A DNA stretch of 64,000 nt from Gammaproteobacteria bacterium (GTDB lineage: Bacteria > Pseudomonadota > Gammaproteobacteria > JBCCGL01). The stretch lies in the NCBI GenBank assembly GCA_965277715.1, contig OZ255836.1, positions 3,597,254 through 3,661,253 on the forward strand. The letters run 5' to 3'. This document shows positions 1-9,062 of this stretch, piece after piece (the stretch's first letter is position 1; every line of letters starts with the position of its first letter). The notes below the pieces were generated by a model, which was not told the origin of the DNA, did not search any database, and was given only the letters and a program-made list of their open reading frames with translations. The position numbers were made by a program, and so were the translations under genes.

Positions 1-420
1 ATAACATTCGTGCAGGATAATCATAGTCGTTCCACATATGGAGTGTTACGTGGTTTGCACTACCAGATTCAACATCCTCAAGGCAAATTAGTGCGTGTTA
101 CTCAAGGCGAAGTCTTTGATGTGGTTGTCGATTTACGAAAATCCTCGCCAGACTTTGGTCGGTGGACTGGTGTTGTAATATCGGCTGATAATAAAAGACA
201 ACTGTGGGTGCCGGCAGGGTTTGCACATGGTTTTATTGTCACTAGCGATACAGCAGAATTTCTCTATAAAACTACAGACTATTGGTATCCCGAGTACGAA
301 CGGAGTTTGCTCTGGAATGATCCGGATGTTGGCGTGCAGTGGCCGGTTGATGGTGAGCCTACGCTTGCTACTAAGGATGCTGCGGGTAAATATCTAGCTG
401 AGGCTGATACATTTGGGTAA
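1..420 (+). CDS. rfbC: dTDP-4-dehydrorhamnose 3,5-epimerase (RmlC), 5'-truncated at window edge
   Basis: The ORF is in frame from position 1. The translation ...FVQDNHSRSTYGVLRGLHYQ...WVPAGFAHGF... is typical of the RmlC cupin family. Stop codon at 418-420. Confidence 0.8.
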   Translation: MTFVQDNHSRSTYGVLRGLHYQIQHPQGKLVRVTQGEVFDVVVDLRKSSPDFGRWTGVVISADNKRQLWVPAGFAHGFIVTSDTAEFLYKTTDYWYPEYERSLLWNDPDVGVQWPVDGEPTLATKDAAGKYLAEADTFG

Positions 421-518
421 CTTGCACCGCAGAGGGCATTCAACCTTTTAGCGTGTTACATATTGATTTTGCTATAAAAGGTTCGCCAGATTTTTTGTCA
501 ATCCACTGAGTGGAAATG

Positions 519-1499
519 TTAAGAGATAGATTGGTAGTAAACATTCTGTGGATGATCCGCTTCAATGAAAAAATACCATCGCTCGACCAGTAGCCCTACA
601 TACTGGACGATATAAACTATCATAAAAAGCCAGAAAAATGATTGCTTAAGAGAAAGTACCAATAATATTACTGGAAAAACAAATACAGTAATTAAAAAAA
701 ACCGGCGTGCCAGTTTAATAATAGTGGTTGAATAAGTGTGAATAAATGTACGGGTATTGAAACTTCCCCCCATTGCACCCTGGGCCATTTGGCGAATGGT
801 GGGGTGATGGATGCCGGTTGCCGATTGTAGGGTAGTTGTGTGGCGTAGATTCTTATTGCGGATGAGTGTCGCCCACCGGGAAATGCCAGCCAGCAGTGTA
901 AAGAGGATAGCAGATCCTGTATAAAACCCAGTGTATTGACTAGAGAGAAATGCAGCGACAACGCAGGCCAATGTACAGCCAGAGGCGCTGCCCAGCAAAA
1001 AGAAATTACACACCGTTAATGGGCTATGCCACTGGCGCAGGAATTTCAGACAGGCGTAGATCATTGAGGTGCACACGAATAATCCAATGATTGCGATAGC
1101 GGTAAATCCACCAATGAGTGTGTGCAGCGGAACATCAACACCATTGCTGAGTGTTATTGCAACGGCTTTTGGGTCGGCATAGATTACTGCTGTGTAAATG
1201 AGTATTGATCCCATCACAATGGGGAGGGCGATCACCTCGCGTGATAGCCAGGAGGTGCGCCACATGGCGGCGGCCCGCCAGGCGCGCTCAGGATGCCCGA
1301 GGTGGAAGAATGAGGCCATTAATCCAGCCGCTAATAATGAAAAGCTGAGCACACCGCCCGTCGTAAACTCGGCGGTGTTATCTGTCGTGGGTAGCAGGGT
1401 GAGCAGTGCGAGTACATGGGCGCTGAATTGTGCCAGAAAAAGGCCCTGGCCAGCACCAATCAAGGTGGTGAGAAGGATAACGGAGAGTGCAGGTTTCAT
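519..1499 (-). CDS. DmsC/NrfD-like polytopic membrane anchor subunit of a molybdoenzyme complex
   Basis: A 326 aa protein with about eight hydrophobic helices. It is the last gene of an A-B-C operon, 4 bp after the Fe-S subunit. Confidence 0.6.
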   Translation of the reverse strand: MKPALSVILLTTLIGAGQGLFLAQFSAHVLALLTLLPTTDNTAEFTTGGVLSFSLLAAGLMASFFHLGHPERAWRAAAMWRTSWLSREVIALPIVMGSILIYTAVIYADPKAVAITLSNGVDVPLHTLIGGFTAIAIIGLFVCTSMIYACLKFLRQWHSPLTVCNFFLLGSASGCTLACVVAAFLSSQYTGFYTGSAILFTLLAGISRWATLIRNKNLRHTTTLQSATGIHHPTIRQMAQGAMGGSFNTRTFIHTYSTTIIKLARRFFLITVFVFPVILLVLSLKQSFFWLFMIVYIVQYVGLLVERWYFFIEADHPQNVYYQSIS

Positions 1500-1503
1500 A
1501 GCC

Positions 1504-2235
1504 TTACCAACTGGTGGAATCGTCGAGTGTGGTCTTTTTACTCGGGTTGCGTTTGAGCTTATCTTCTTTTTTTAGTGGGTTGTTGGATCGCACCAACTCG
1601 TCTTCGTGGATATGCATATGGGTTTTACGGCGCGGTAGGTAGTGGTTGGCTGGAGTTGTGCCCCACTCTGGCATAAGTGGGTAACCACCGGCCTCACTGA
1701 TCGCCTGTGATGCCTCGGAGTTAGGGTCGTGGATATCGCCATAAATACGCGCACTGGTAGGGCAGGACAACACACACACTGGCTTGCGCTCGCTTTCTGG
1801 CAGTGTTTCGTCATATAGCCGATCGACACATAACGTACATTTCATCATGACTTTTTGTTTTTCGTCGAGTTCGCGTGCACCGTAAGGGCAGGCCCAGGAA
1901 CAGTACTCGCAACCGATGCATTTGTCATAATCGACCAGTACGATGCCGTCTTCCGGGCGTTTGTAGCTGGCGCCGGTTGGGCATACGGGTACACACGGTG
2001 GGTCTTCGCAGTGCAAGCAGGATTTAGGAAAGTGAACTGTCTGGGTATCGGGAAATGTGCCCACTTCAAAGGTTTGCACGCGGTTGAAAAATGTGCCGCT
2101 CGGTTCGGCTGTGTAGGCATTTTTGTCAAACATTGGCCCCGCTTCACCCGAGGTGTTCCACTCTTTACAGCTGGTGACACAGGCGTGGCAGCCAACACAG
2201 GTATTTAAATCGATAACAAGTGCGAGTTGAGTCAT
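1504..2235 (-). CDS. 4Fe-4S ferredoxin-type iron-sulfur subunit (DmsB-like), no signal peptide
   Basis: Four Cys clusters are present: CVGCHACVTSC, CLHCEDPPCVPVCP, CIGCEYCSWACP and CTLCV...CVLSCP. It overlaps the catalytic subunit stop by 4 nt. Confidence 0.8.
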   Translation of the reverse strand: MTQLALVIDLNTCVGCHACVTSCKEWNTSGEAGPMFDKNAYTAEPSGTFFNRVQTFEVGTFPDTQTVHFPKSCLHCEDPPCVPVCPTGASYKRPEDGIVLVDYDKCIGCEYCSWACPYGARELDEKQKVMMKCTLCVDRLYDETLPESERKPVCVLSCPTSARIYGDIHDPNSEASQAISEAGGYPLMPEWGTTPANHYLPRRKTHMHIHEDELVRSNNPLKKEDKLKRNPSKKTTLDDSTSW

Positions 2236-5114
2236 GAGTTAATCAGCCCTTTCGCGAATGCCTGCCATTTTGGATACCGGGGTTGCATACCGGGCACCGT
2301 TGGCATGTGGTTGAATTGAGGGAATGTCTGTTTTGGTTCATCGGCTGCCGCTTTATAAACGCGCACGCGCACATCGTACCAGGCCGCCTGTCCGGTGATA
2401 GGGTCAGAGTTGGAGATGGTGCTTTCACTTGAGCCAGAAGGGAGTTCTTCACTGATTAAGTGATTGAGCAGAAAGCCTTTGTTTGATTCATTGGCGCTTT
2501 TGTCCAGTGCCCAGCTACCCGAGGCTTTGCCAATGGCGTTCCAGGTCCAGACTGTGCCCGGTTCTACGGCCTCTGAGAAACGGCACATGCAGCGTACTTT
2601 GCCGTGTGCCGATTCGACCCATATCCAATCACCGTCGGCAAAACCCTGGGCTGCGCCAACTCTGGGGTTGACGAACAAATAGTTGTGCGCGTGGATTTGC
2701 CGCAGCCAGGCATTTTGTGAATCCCAGGAGTGGTACATTGCCATCGGTCGCTGGGTGATCGCGTTGAGTGGGTATTTTTCTGTATCGATACACTGTGTCT
2801 CCAGTGGTTGTGAATAAAACGGCAGTGGATCGAAGTGCGTACTGACGCGTTCACGAAGGTGGTCTGGCGGTTGTCGGCCAGCCCGTTTACCCTGAGCGGC
2901 GAGGCGAAATTTTTGCAATACTTCAGAATAGATATGCAGGTTGACCGGGTCGGTATAGCGGATCAAACCATGGTCCTGTGCCCAGTGCAGGTAGCCACGG
3001 TTCCAGTTGCGCATGTATTGAAATGATTTCGGCAGGGTGTACTGGTATACGCAGTTGTTTTTTGCGTACATTTCCCATTGTTGTGGGTTGGGTTCGCCGC
3101 GCATAAATTTTTCACCGCCTTTGCCACGCCACCCCGCCAGAAAACCGATGCCAGAACCTGGCTCGGTCTCATAGTTAATCACTAAATCTTTGTAGTCTTT
3201 GAATTTTCGCGAGCCGTCCCCGTTCAGAAAACGGGGCAGCTTCAGGCGAGTGGCCAGCTCTACAACAACATCCTGAAAGGGTCGGCAATCGCCTTTCGGT
3301 GGCACCACCGGCACTCGCACCGAATCGGCGGGGCCTTCAAACTCAGAGATTGGACGATCCAGCATCGACATGGCGTCATAACGCTCCAGGTAACTGGTAT
3401 CGGGCAATACAATATCGGCAAAGGCGATTGTTTCCGAGTGGTAGGCATCGCATACGATTAGAAACGGGATCTTGTACTCGCCGTCGTCGTTTTTATCCAC
3501 CAGCATTTCGCGCACACGCGTCGTGTTCATCGATGAGTTCCATGCCATGTTGGCCATAAACAGCATCAGTGTATCGATTGGGTAGGGATCACCCCGCCAG
3601 GCATTGGTGATGACATTGTGCATTAAGCCGTGTACGGCCAGTGGATACTCCCACGAGAAGGCCTTGTCGAGACGCACAGGGCCGCCTCGATCATCGACAA
3701 ACAAATGCTCTGGATTTGCGGGAAACCCCAGTGGCATACCATCGAGCGGTGCGCCGGGCTGTACTGCGTCGGGTGAGTTTGGTGGCTTGGCGCAGGGCGG
3801 GATAGGCCGTGGAAAAGGGGCTTTGTGGCGAAAGCCGCCAGGGCGGTCGATGGTGCCCAACAGTGACATCAGGATACCCAGTGCACGGATTGTCTGGAAG
3901 CCATTCGAGTGTGCCGCCAGACCGCGCATGGCGTGAAATGAAACCGGGTTACCCGTAACGGTATCGTGATCCACTCCCCAGGCATCGGTCCACTGGATCG
4001 GCAATTCGATTTTTTCGTCGCGTGCTGTAATGCCCATTTCATGGGCGAGGCGTCTGATAGTACTGGCGGCAATGCCGGTAATACCTTCGGCCCATTCAGG
4101 AGTGTATTGTTCGACGCGCTCCTTGAGTAGTTGCAGTGACGTTTTTACCGGCTTGCCGTCAACTTCGTATTCGCCCAGCAGACGGGGGTCGGCACCTTTG
4201 CTGTGCGTGTGCACCGGTGAATCTGAATTTCTGTCCCAGCAAATTTTGTTTTCCGGTTCGACGCAGGTTTTTTCCGTGGGTAAATGGTGGCGTAAAAACA
4301 GGCCATAATCGTCACTGTCCGGGTCGAGGTTGACTAAATCCGGTGCGTTGCTGTAATTGATTAAAAACTCCCGGTCGAACAATCCCTGCGCGATGATTTC
4401 CCGGATAATCGCCAGTAGTAACGCACCGTCAGTACCGGGTTTTATGGGTACCCATTCATCGGCGATGGCGGCGTAGCCGGTGCGTACCGGGTTGATTGCG
4501 ATAAAGCGCCCACCGTTGCGTTTGAACTTTGCCAAAGCAATTTTCATCGGATTGGAGTGGTGGTCTTCAGCCGTGCCCAGCATGATAAATAAACGGGATC
4601 GTTCCAGATCGGGGCCACCAAATTCCCAAAAAGAACCACCGATGGTGTAAATCATGCCCGCCGCCATATTCACCGAGCAGAAGCCACCGTGTGCTGCGTA
4701 ATTGGGTGTGCCAAACTGTTTGGCAAACAAGCCGGTCAATGCCTGCATCTGATCGCGGCCCGTGAAAAAGGCAAATTTCTTTGGATCGGTTTCCCGGATA
4801 GTATGCAGACGGTCGGCAATTGTGCTGAGCGCCTCTTCCCAGGATATTTCCTCAAATTCAGATTGGCCTCGATCACAACCTGGCTTTCGGCGTAATGGTT
4901 TGGTCAGCCGGGCGGGTGAGTACTGTTTCATGATGCCAGATGCCCCTTTGGCGCATAACACACCTTTATTAATTGGGTGGGCCGGGTTACCCTGAATAAA
5001 CCGTATTTCACCGTCTTCCACCGTGACATTGATGCCACAGCGACAGGCACACATATAGCACGTGGTCGATTTGACTTCGCGCTTTATAGCGGGTGTAGGG
5101 TTTGGCTTGTTCAT
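2232..5114 (-). CDS. molybdopterin oxidoreductase catalytic subunit (DMSO reductase family), no Tat signal
   Basis: A 960 aa protein whose N-terminus has a Cys-rich Fe-S motif, TTCYMCACRCG...LCAKG. A TGA stop lies immediately upstream of the ATG, so a twin-arginine leader is not possible. Confidence 0.8.
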   Translation of the reverse strand: MNKPNPTPAIKREVKSTTCYMCACRCGINVTVEDGEIRFIQGNPAHPINKGVLCAKGASGIMKQYSPARLTKPLRRKPGCDRGQSEFEEISWEEALSTIADRLHTIRETDPKKFAFFTGRDQMQALTGLFAKQFGTPNYAAHGGFCSVNMAAGMIYTIGGSFWEFGGPDLERSRLFIMLGTAEDHHSNPMKIALAKFKRNGGRFIAINPVRTGYAAIADEWVPIKPGTDGALLLAIIREIIAQGLFDREFLINYSNAPDLVNLDPDSDDYGLFLRHHLPTEKTCVEPENKICWDRNSDSPVHTHSKGADPRLLGEYEVDGKPVKTSLQLLKERVEQYTPEWAEGITGIAASTIRRLAHEMGITARDEKIELPIQWTDAWGVDHDTVTGNPVSFHAMRGLAAHSNGFQTIRALGILMSLLGTIDRPGGFRHKAPFPRPIPPCAKPPNSPDAVQPGAPLDGMPLGFPANPEHLFVDDRGGPVRLDKAFSWEYPLAVHGLMHNVITNAWRGDPYPIDTLMLFMANMAWNSSMNTTRVREMLVDKNDDGEYKIPFLIVCDAYHSETIAFADIVLPDTSYLERYDAMSMLDRPISEFEGPADSVRVPVVPPKGDCRPFQDVVVELATRLKLPRFLNGDGSRKFKDYKDLVINYETEPGSGIGFLAGWRGKGGEKFMRGEPNPQQWEMYAKNNCVYQYTLPKSFQYMRNWNRGYLHWAQDHGLIRYTDPVNLHIYSEVLQKFRLAAQGKRAGRQPPDHLRERVSTHFDPLPFYSQPLETQCIDTEKYPLNAITQRPMAMYHSWDSQNAWLRQIHAHNYLFVNPRVGAAQGFADGDWIWVESAHGKVRCMCRFSEAVEPGTVWTWNAIGKASGSWALDKSANESNKGFLLNHLISEELPSGSSESTISNSDPITGQAAWYDVRVRVYKAAADEPKQTFPQFNHMPTVPGMQPRYPKWQAFAKGLINS

Positions 5115-5161
5115 TCAGTTTTAACTCATGCAGCTTTGGGAGAGCAGGCAGATAAATTCTG

Positions 5162-5230
5162 GGGTAGTGTACTTATAGAATCAAAACAGTGTTTTTGATC
5201 TATCTATAAATAAAATAAATAGCTAATAAT
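5162..5230 (+). repeat. direct repeat copy A, about 60 bp with an imperfect palindrome ATCAAAACAGTGTTTTTGAT, upstream of the NCS2 permease
   Basis: About 85% identical over 58 nt to 6827-6884. The first 18 nt, gggtagtgtacttataga, are identical. Confidence 0.6.
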
Positions 5231-5451
5231 TTTTGTTTATGAATGGTGGATGATCTCAAAGGGTTTTTGCGGGATTATCGTGAAAGAGTCTTTACATGCA
5301 TCGGGGCGCCAAATTTATATGGCGCCTGTTTCTGTAATCTCTATATTGTGTATATATGCACATGGCGCAGATGTCATGTATGCGCTACACAGAGCTTGTA
5401 GCCAAAAAATAATAATTTTCATTTCACTATAATGGCCAAAGAGGATGAAAT

Positions 5452-6813
5452 ATGTCTGCTAACGATGCACTCGGTACCCCCGAGCAATTGAGAGATCCGA
5501 ACTACACGCCGCCCCTGGGGTCGGCCATCCCGCTGGGTATTCAGCATGTGCTGGCGATGTTTGTCAGCAACGTGACACCCGCGATCATCATTGCCGGTGC
5601 GGCCGGCTTTGGTTTTGGTTCTGGTTCACCGGACTTCCCGAATCTGATCTACATGATCCAGATGTCAATGTTTTTTGCCGGGGTTGCCACCTTGTTTCAG
5701 ACTATAGGTTTCGGCCCGGTGGGTTCTCGCTTGCCTATCGTTCAAGGTACTAGCTTTGCCTTTATCCCGATCATAATTCCGCTGGTTGCCGGTAAAGGTG
5801 TCGATGCGATGGGAATTGTGATGTGCGGTGTGCTGGTTGGGGGCATTTTTCACACTTGTCTGGCACCTTTCGTCGGGAAAATCCGTTTCGCTTTGCCGCC
5901 ATTGGTTACAGGGCTGGTGGTTACGATGATTGGTTTATCGTTAGTCAAGGTGGGCATCCAGTATGCGGCTGGAGGCGTTCCGGCAATTGGCACGCCTGAG
6001 TATGGTAGCCTTCAGAACTGGTCGGTTGCATTGATCGTTATCGTTACCACGCTGGGATTGAAGTTCTTCACACGCGGACTGCTTTCGTTGGCTGCGGTAT
6101 TACTCGGTCTGGTGGTGGGTTACATCGTTGCTTTTTTCATGGGCATGGTGAGCTTTGCGAGTATCGGTAAGGCAGCGATCATCGAATTTCCGAATCCACT
6201 CAACTTTGGTTTGGAGTTCAGCTTTGCTGCGGTGCTCGGATTTTGCCTGATGGCGTTTATTTCGGCGATTGAAACCATCGGCGATGTATCTGGAATTACC
6301 AAAGGTGGTGCGGGTCGAGAAGCCACCGATACTGAAATTAAAGGGGCTACATTTGCTGATGGAATAGGCACAGCTATTTCAGGTCTATTTGGTGCACTGC
6401 CGAATACGTCGTTCTCACAAAATGTTGGGTTGATTGCAATGACTGGCGTGATGAGTCGTCACGTTGTTACGATCGGCGCTATCTTTCTCATTGTGGCGGG
6501 CCTGATACCTAAAGTTGGAGCTAGTATCTCGACGATTCCCATCGAAGTGCTCGGTGGTGGTGTGATCGTGATGTTTGGTATGGTTGCGTCGGCGGGTGTG
6601 TCAATGTTGTCTGATGTCAACTGGACTCGCCGAAACATGGTGATTTTTGCGGTATCTTTGTCGATAGGACTGGGTTTGCAGCTCGAACCCGGTGCACTTC
6701 AATACGTGCCTTCCACACTCAATGTCCTGTTGACATCAGGGCTGTTACCTGCGGCCTTTATTGCCATTGCTTTGAACCTTGTTTTACCTGATGAGGTAGA
6801 ACGTGTTAGCTAA
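5452..6813 (+). CDS. nucleobase:cation symporter-2 (NCS2) family permease (xanthine/uracil permease-like)
   Basis: A 453 aa polytopic protein with NCS2-type motifs (GIQHVLAMF, QGTSFAFIP, SQNVGLI). The SD sequence gagga lies 6 nt before the ATG. Confidence 0.8.
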   Translation: MSANDALGTPEQLRDPNYTPPLGSAIPLGIQHVLAMFVSNVTPAIIIAGAAGFGFGSGSPDFPNLIYMIQMSMFFAGVATLFQTIGFGPVGSRLPIVQGTSFAFIPIIIPLVAGKGVDAMGIVMCGVLVGGIFHTCLAPFVGKIRFALPPLVTGLVVTMIGLSLVKVGIQYAAGGVPAIGTPEYGSLQNWSVALIVIVTTLGLKFFTRGLLSLAAVLLGLVVGYIVAFFMGMVSFASIGKAAIIEFPNPLNFGLEFSFAAVLGFCLMAFISAIETIGDVSGITKGGAGREATDTEIKGATFADGIGTAISGLFGALPNTSFSQNVGLIAMTGVMSRHVVTIGAIFLIVAGLIPKVGASISTIPIEVLGGGVIVMFGMVASAGVSMLSDVNWTRRNMVIFAVSLSIGLGLQLEPGALQYVPSTLNVLLTSGLLPAAFIAIALNLVLPDEVERVS

Positions 6814-6826
6814 TGCATTATGTCTA

Positions 6827-6905
6827 GGGTAGTGTACTTATAGAGCTGAAACAGTATTTTTGATCTGTGTATAAATGAACTAAATGATAGGTAAAATCTA
6901 TTAAT
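6827..6905 (+). repeat. direct repeat copy B, immediately after the permease stop and upstream of the lipoprotein-like ORF
   Basis: Paralogous to 5162-5230. It contains the degenerate palindrome tgaaacagtatttttgatc. Confidence 0.6.
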
Positions 6906-7096
6906 TTATACTTCATGGGCTGGCAAGGCTGTATGCTATCTGTATGTTACATAGCCGCTTAGTAATCCTGATCGACAAAAGTTACAAGCTGTGAATTATC
7001 TACAAATACTCCGCGCCTGCGGTAGTTAACAACTTAATAAAAAGGAAACATAATAAAATATACTTTTTTATTCTTATCGCACTGCTCACGGGTTGC

Positions 7097-7726
7097 ATGA
7101 CAAACGCTGGGGAATCTGAGTGGACTAAGATTGAAGATCGCGAGAGCTCACACTTAAACCTGGCAGGTACAACACTGACAAAGACCAGTGTTCGTCGCTC
7201 GGATGATAGATCCACGCGTGCAGAGACGGCTCGTTGGGAATCGGGAGATGGTATCAGTGCGTTTCTCTATTACAGCTATATTGTTAGTGGATATGTTTAT
7301 GTAAAACAGTCACAGCAAAATCTTGAAGAAATCATACGGGATTGGTTTGGTGGTGCTGCGGTGGTACTTGGCTACGGTGGGCAATTGATGCCAGAGTTGC
7401 CATTGCTTGAGTACCAGACGTTTGCACATAGAAAAACTCCTTGTGCATTATTTCGACAATTCTGGGGAGGTGACCGGGGTGTTGACATAGTGCGAATTGG
7501 CGCTCAGCAGGTGCTTGTGATTAATGCGGGAGTACTGGGTGATAATCAATTGATTGGCTACACCTGTGATATCCATAAACAGGATTATTCGCGTGAGGAC
7601 GTACAGGCATTTACCATCAATAAACCAAATTCGGCATTGTTGGCCGATTCTGGTACAGCAATGCGAATGCGGTGCCCAGAACCAGGGGCCAGTAGCATTT
7701 TTTCGCCTCGCATATTTTCCATATGA
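7097..7726 (+). CDS. hypothetical protein, possible lipoprotein
   Basis: A 209 aa ORF. The in-frame sequence just upstream encodes KRKHNKIYFFILIALLTGC, a lipobox-type signal. There is no ATG, GTG or TTG between the in-frame stop at 6992 and the ATG at 7097. The 3' end overlaps the convergent U32 gene by 141 nt. Confidence 0.35.
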   Translation: MTNAGESEWTKIEDRESSHLNLAGTTLTKTSVRRSDDRSTRAETARWESGDGISAFLYYSYIVSGYVYVKQSQQNLEEIIRDWFGGAAVVLGYGGQLMPELPLLEYQTFAHRKTPCALFRQFWGGDRGVDIVRIGAQQVLVINAGVLGDNQLIGYTCDIHKQDYSREDVQAFTINKPNSALLADSGTAMRMRCPEPGASSIFSPRIFSI

Positions 7727-8958
7727 GCCAATGTAAACTGTTGATTGCCTTCTGGTAGCATCAACTCTACCTGGTCACCGACGCGAATTTTATTTTTGAC
7801 TTCAATGGTTAACAAACTATCATCGTTATTTTCCTGTGAATCGATTTCACCGGCAAATCGTTGGGTGCCCATTTGTGTGCCGCCCTGATTATAGTTTTGC
7901 AGTTCTTTGGGGACATGTCGTCGGTAAAACCCTTCGGTGTAACCACGGCTGGCCATGCCATCAAGGTCGTGTAATAGAGCCATATTAAATTCCCTGCCAG
8001 CGTGCCAGTCATCAATGGCGCGCCGGTAGAGCTGGGCGGTACGGGCGGTATAAAAATGGGATTTGGTCCGGCCTTCGATTTTTAGTGAGCTGATACCCAC
8101 GTCCGCTAATTTAGCGACGTGTTGAATTGCACGCAGATCTTTAGAATTGAGAATATACGTGCCGTTTTCGTCTTCCTCTATCGGCATAAACTCGCCCGGT
8201 CGGGATTTTTCTTCCAGTAGGTAAACGGGTTGTTCATCTACTTTTGTCTCTGGCTTATTGGTTTCAGTCGCGTCTGTTTCAGGGCTAAATTTACCAAAGG
8301 CGGAGGTGGTGGGTGTGGTATCGCCCTTGTCATCAACGGCACCTTCGCTAACACCATATTGCCAGCGACAGGCATTGGTACAGGCTCCCTGGTTTGGATC
8401 GCGGTGGTTGAAATACCCAGAGAGTAAGCAACGACCCGAATAGGCGATACACAAGGAACCGTGAACAAACACTTCGAGCTCCATTTCTGGGCACTGTTGC
8501 TTGATTTCTTCGATTTCCTCCAGACCTAACTCGCGAGACAGGATAACCCGCTTCAACCCGACCGACTGCCAAAACCTGACCGATGCGGCATTCATGGTAT
8601 TGGCCTGAACTGAGAGGTGAATCACTTGCTCGGGCCACTTTTCACGCACCAGCATAATTAACCCAGGGTCTGCCATGATCAGCGCATCTGGCTTCATTTC
8701 AAGGATTGGCTGCATGTCGCGCAGGTAGGTTTTCACCTTATTGTTGTGTGGTAGTACATTACTGGCAACAAAGAAGCGTTTACCCCGCTGATGCGCGTAA
8801 TCAATGCCACTGCGCAGGTTCTCCATGGAAAAATCGTTATTGCGGGCGCGTAGGCTGTAGCGTGGCTGACCGGCGTAAACCGCATCCGCACCATAGGCGA
8901 ATGCATAGGTCATATTTTTAAACGTGCCAGCGGGCGAAAGCAGTTCGGGGGCTTGCAT
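7585..8958 (-). CDS. peptidase U32 family protein (YegQ/TrhP-like)
   Basis: The N-terminus APELLSPAGTFKNMTYAFAYGADAVYAGQPRYSLRARNNDFS matches E. coli YegQ closely. The Cys motif CTNACRWQY is present. The ATG at 8958 was chosen over 8970. Confidence 0.8.
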   Translation of the reverse strand: MQAPELLSPAGTFKNMTYAFAYGADAVYAGQPRYSLRARNNDFSMENLRSGIDYAHQRGKRFFVASNVLPHNNKVKTYLRDMQPILEMKPDALIMADPGLIMLVREKWPEQVIHLSVQANTMNAASVRFWQSVGLKRVILSRELGLEEIEEIKQQCPEMELEVFVHGSLCIAYSGRCLLSGYFNHRDPNQGACTNACRWQYGVSEGAVDDKGDTTPTTSAFGKFSPETDATETNKPETKVDEQPVYLLEEKSRPGEFMPIEEDENGTYILNSKDLRAIQHVAKLADVGISSLKIEGRTKSHFYTARTAQLYRRAIDDWHAGREFNMALLHDLDGMASRGYTEGFYRRHVPKELQNYNQGGTQMGTQRFAGEIDSQENNDDSLLTIEVKNKIRVGDQVELMLPEGNQQFTLAHMENMRGEKMLLAPGSGHRIRIAVPESANNAEFGLLMVNACTSSRE

Positions 8959-9062
8959 AATGTAAATCAACTCGTGCTGATGGTGCCTATAGCGTTTACA
9001 ACGACTGAATAGGGTATCGTAAAACTACGGTGCTTGCCGTCGGTTCAACTGATTAACTCAGG

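Noticed and set aside
1198-1575. A 125 aa plus-strand ORF overlapping the DmsC-like gene.
   Set aside because: It is antisense to a hydrophobic membrane-protein gene with good operon context, and the translation has no recognisable features.
5290-5345. The permease 5' UTR contains a GGCGCC-aaatttatat-GGCGCC hairpin followed by UGUUUCUGUAAUC, which is reminiscent of the purine riboswitch P2/J2-3 region (GUUUCUACC).
   Set aside because: No P3 stem with a CCGUAAAU-type loop and no P1 pairing could be found. The resemblance is limited to one hexamer.
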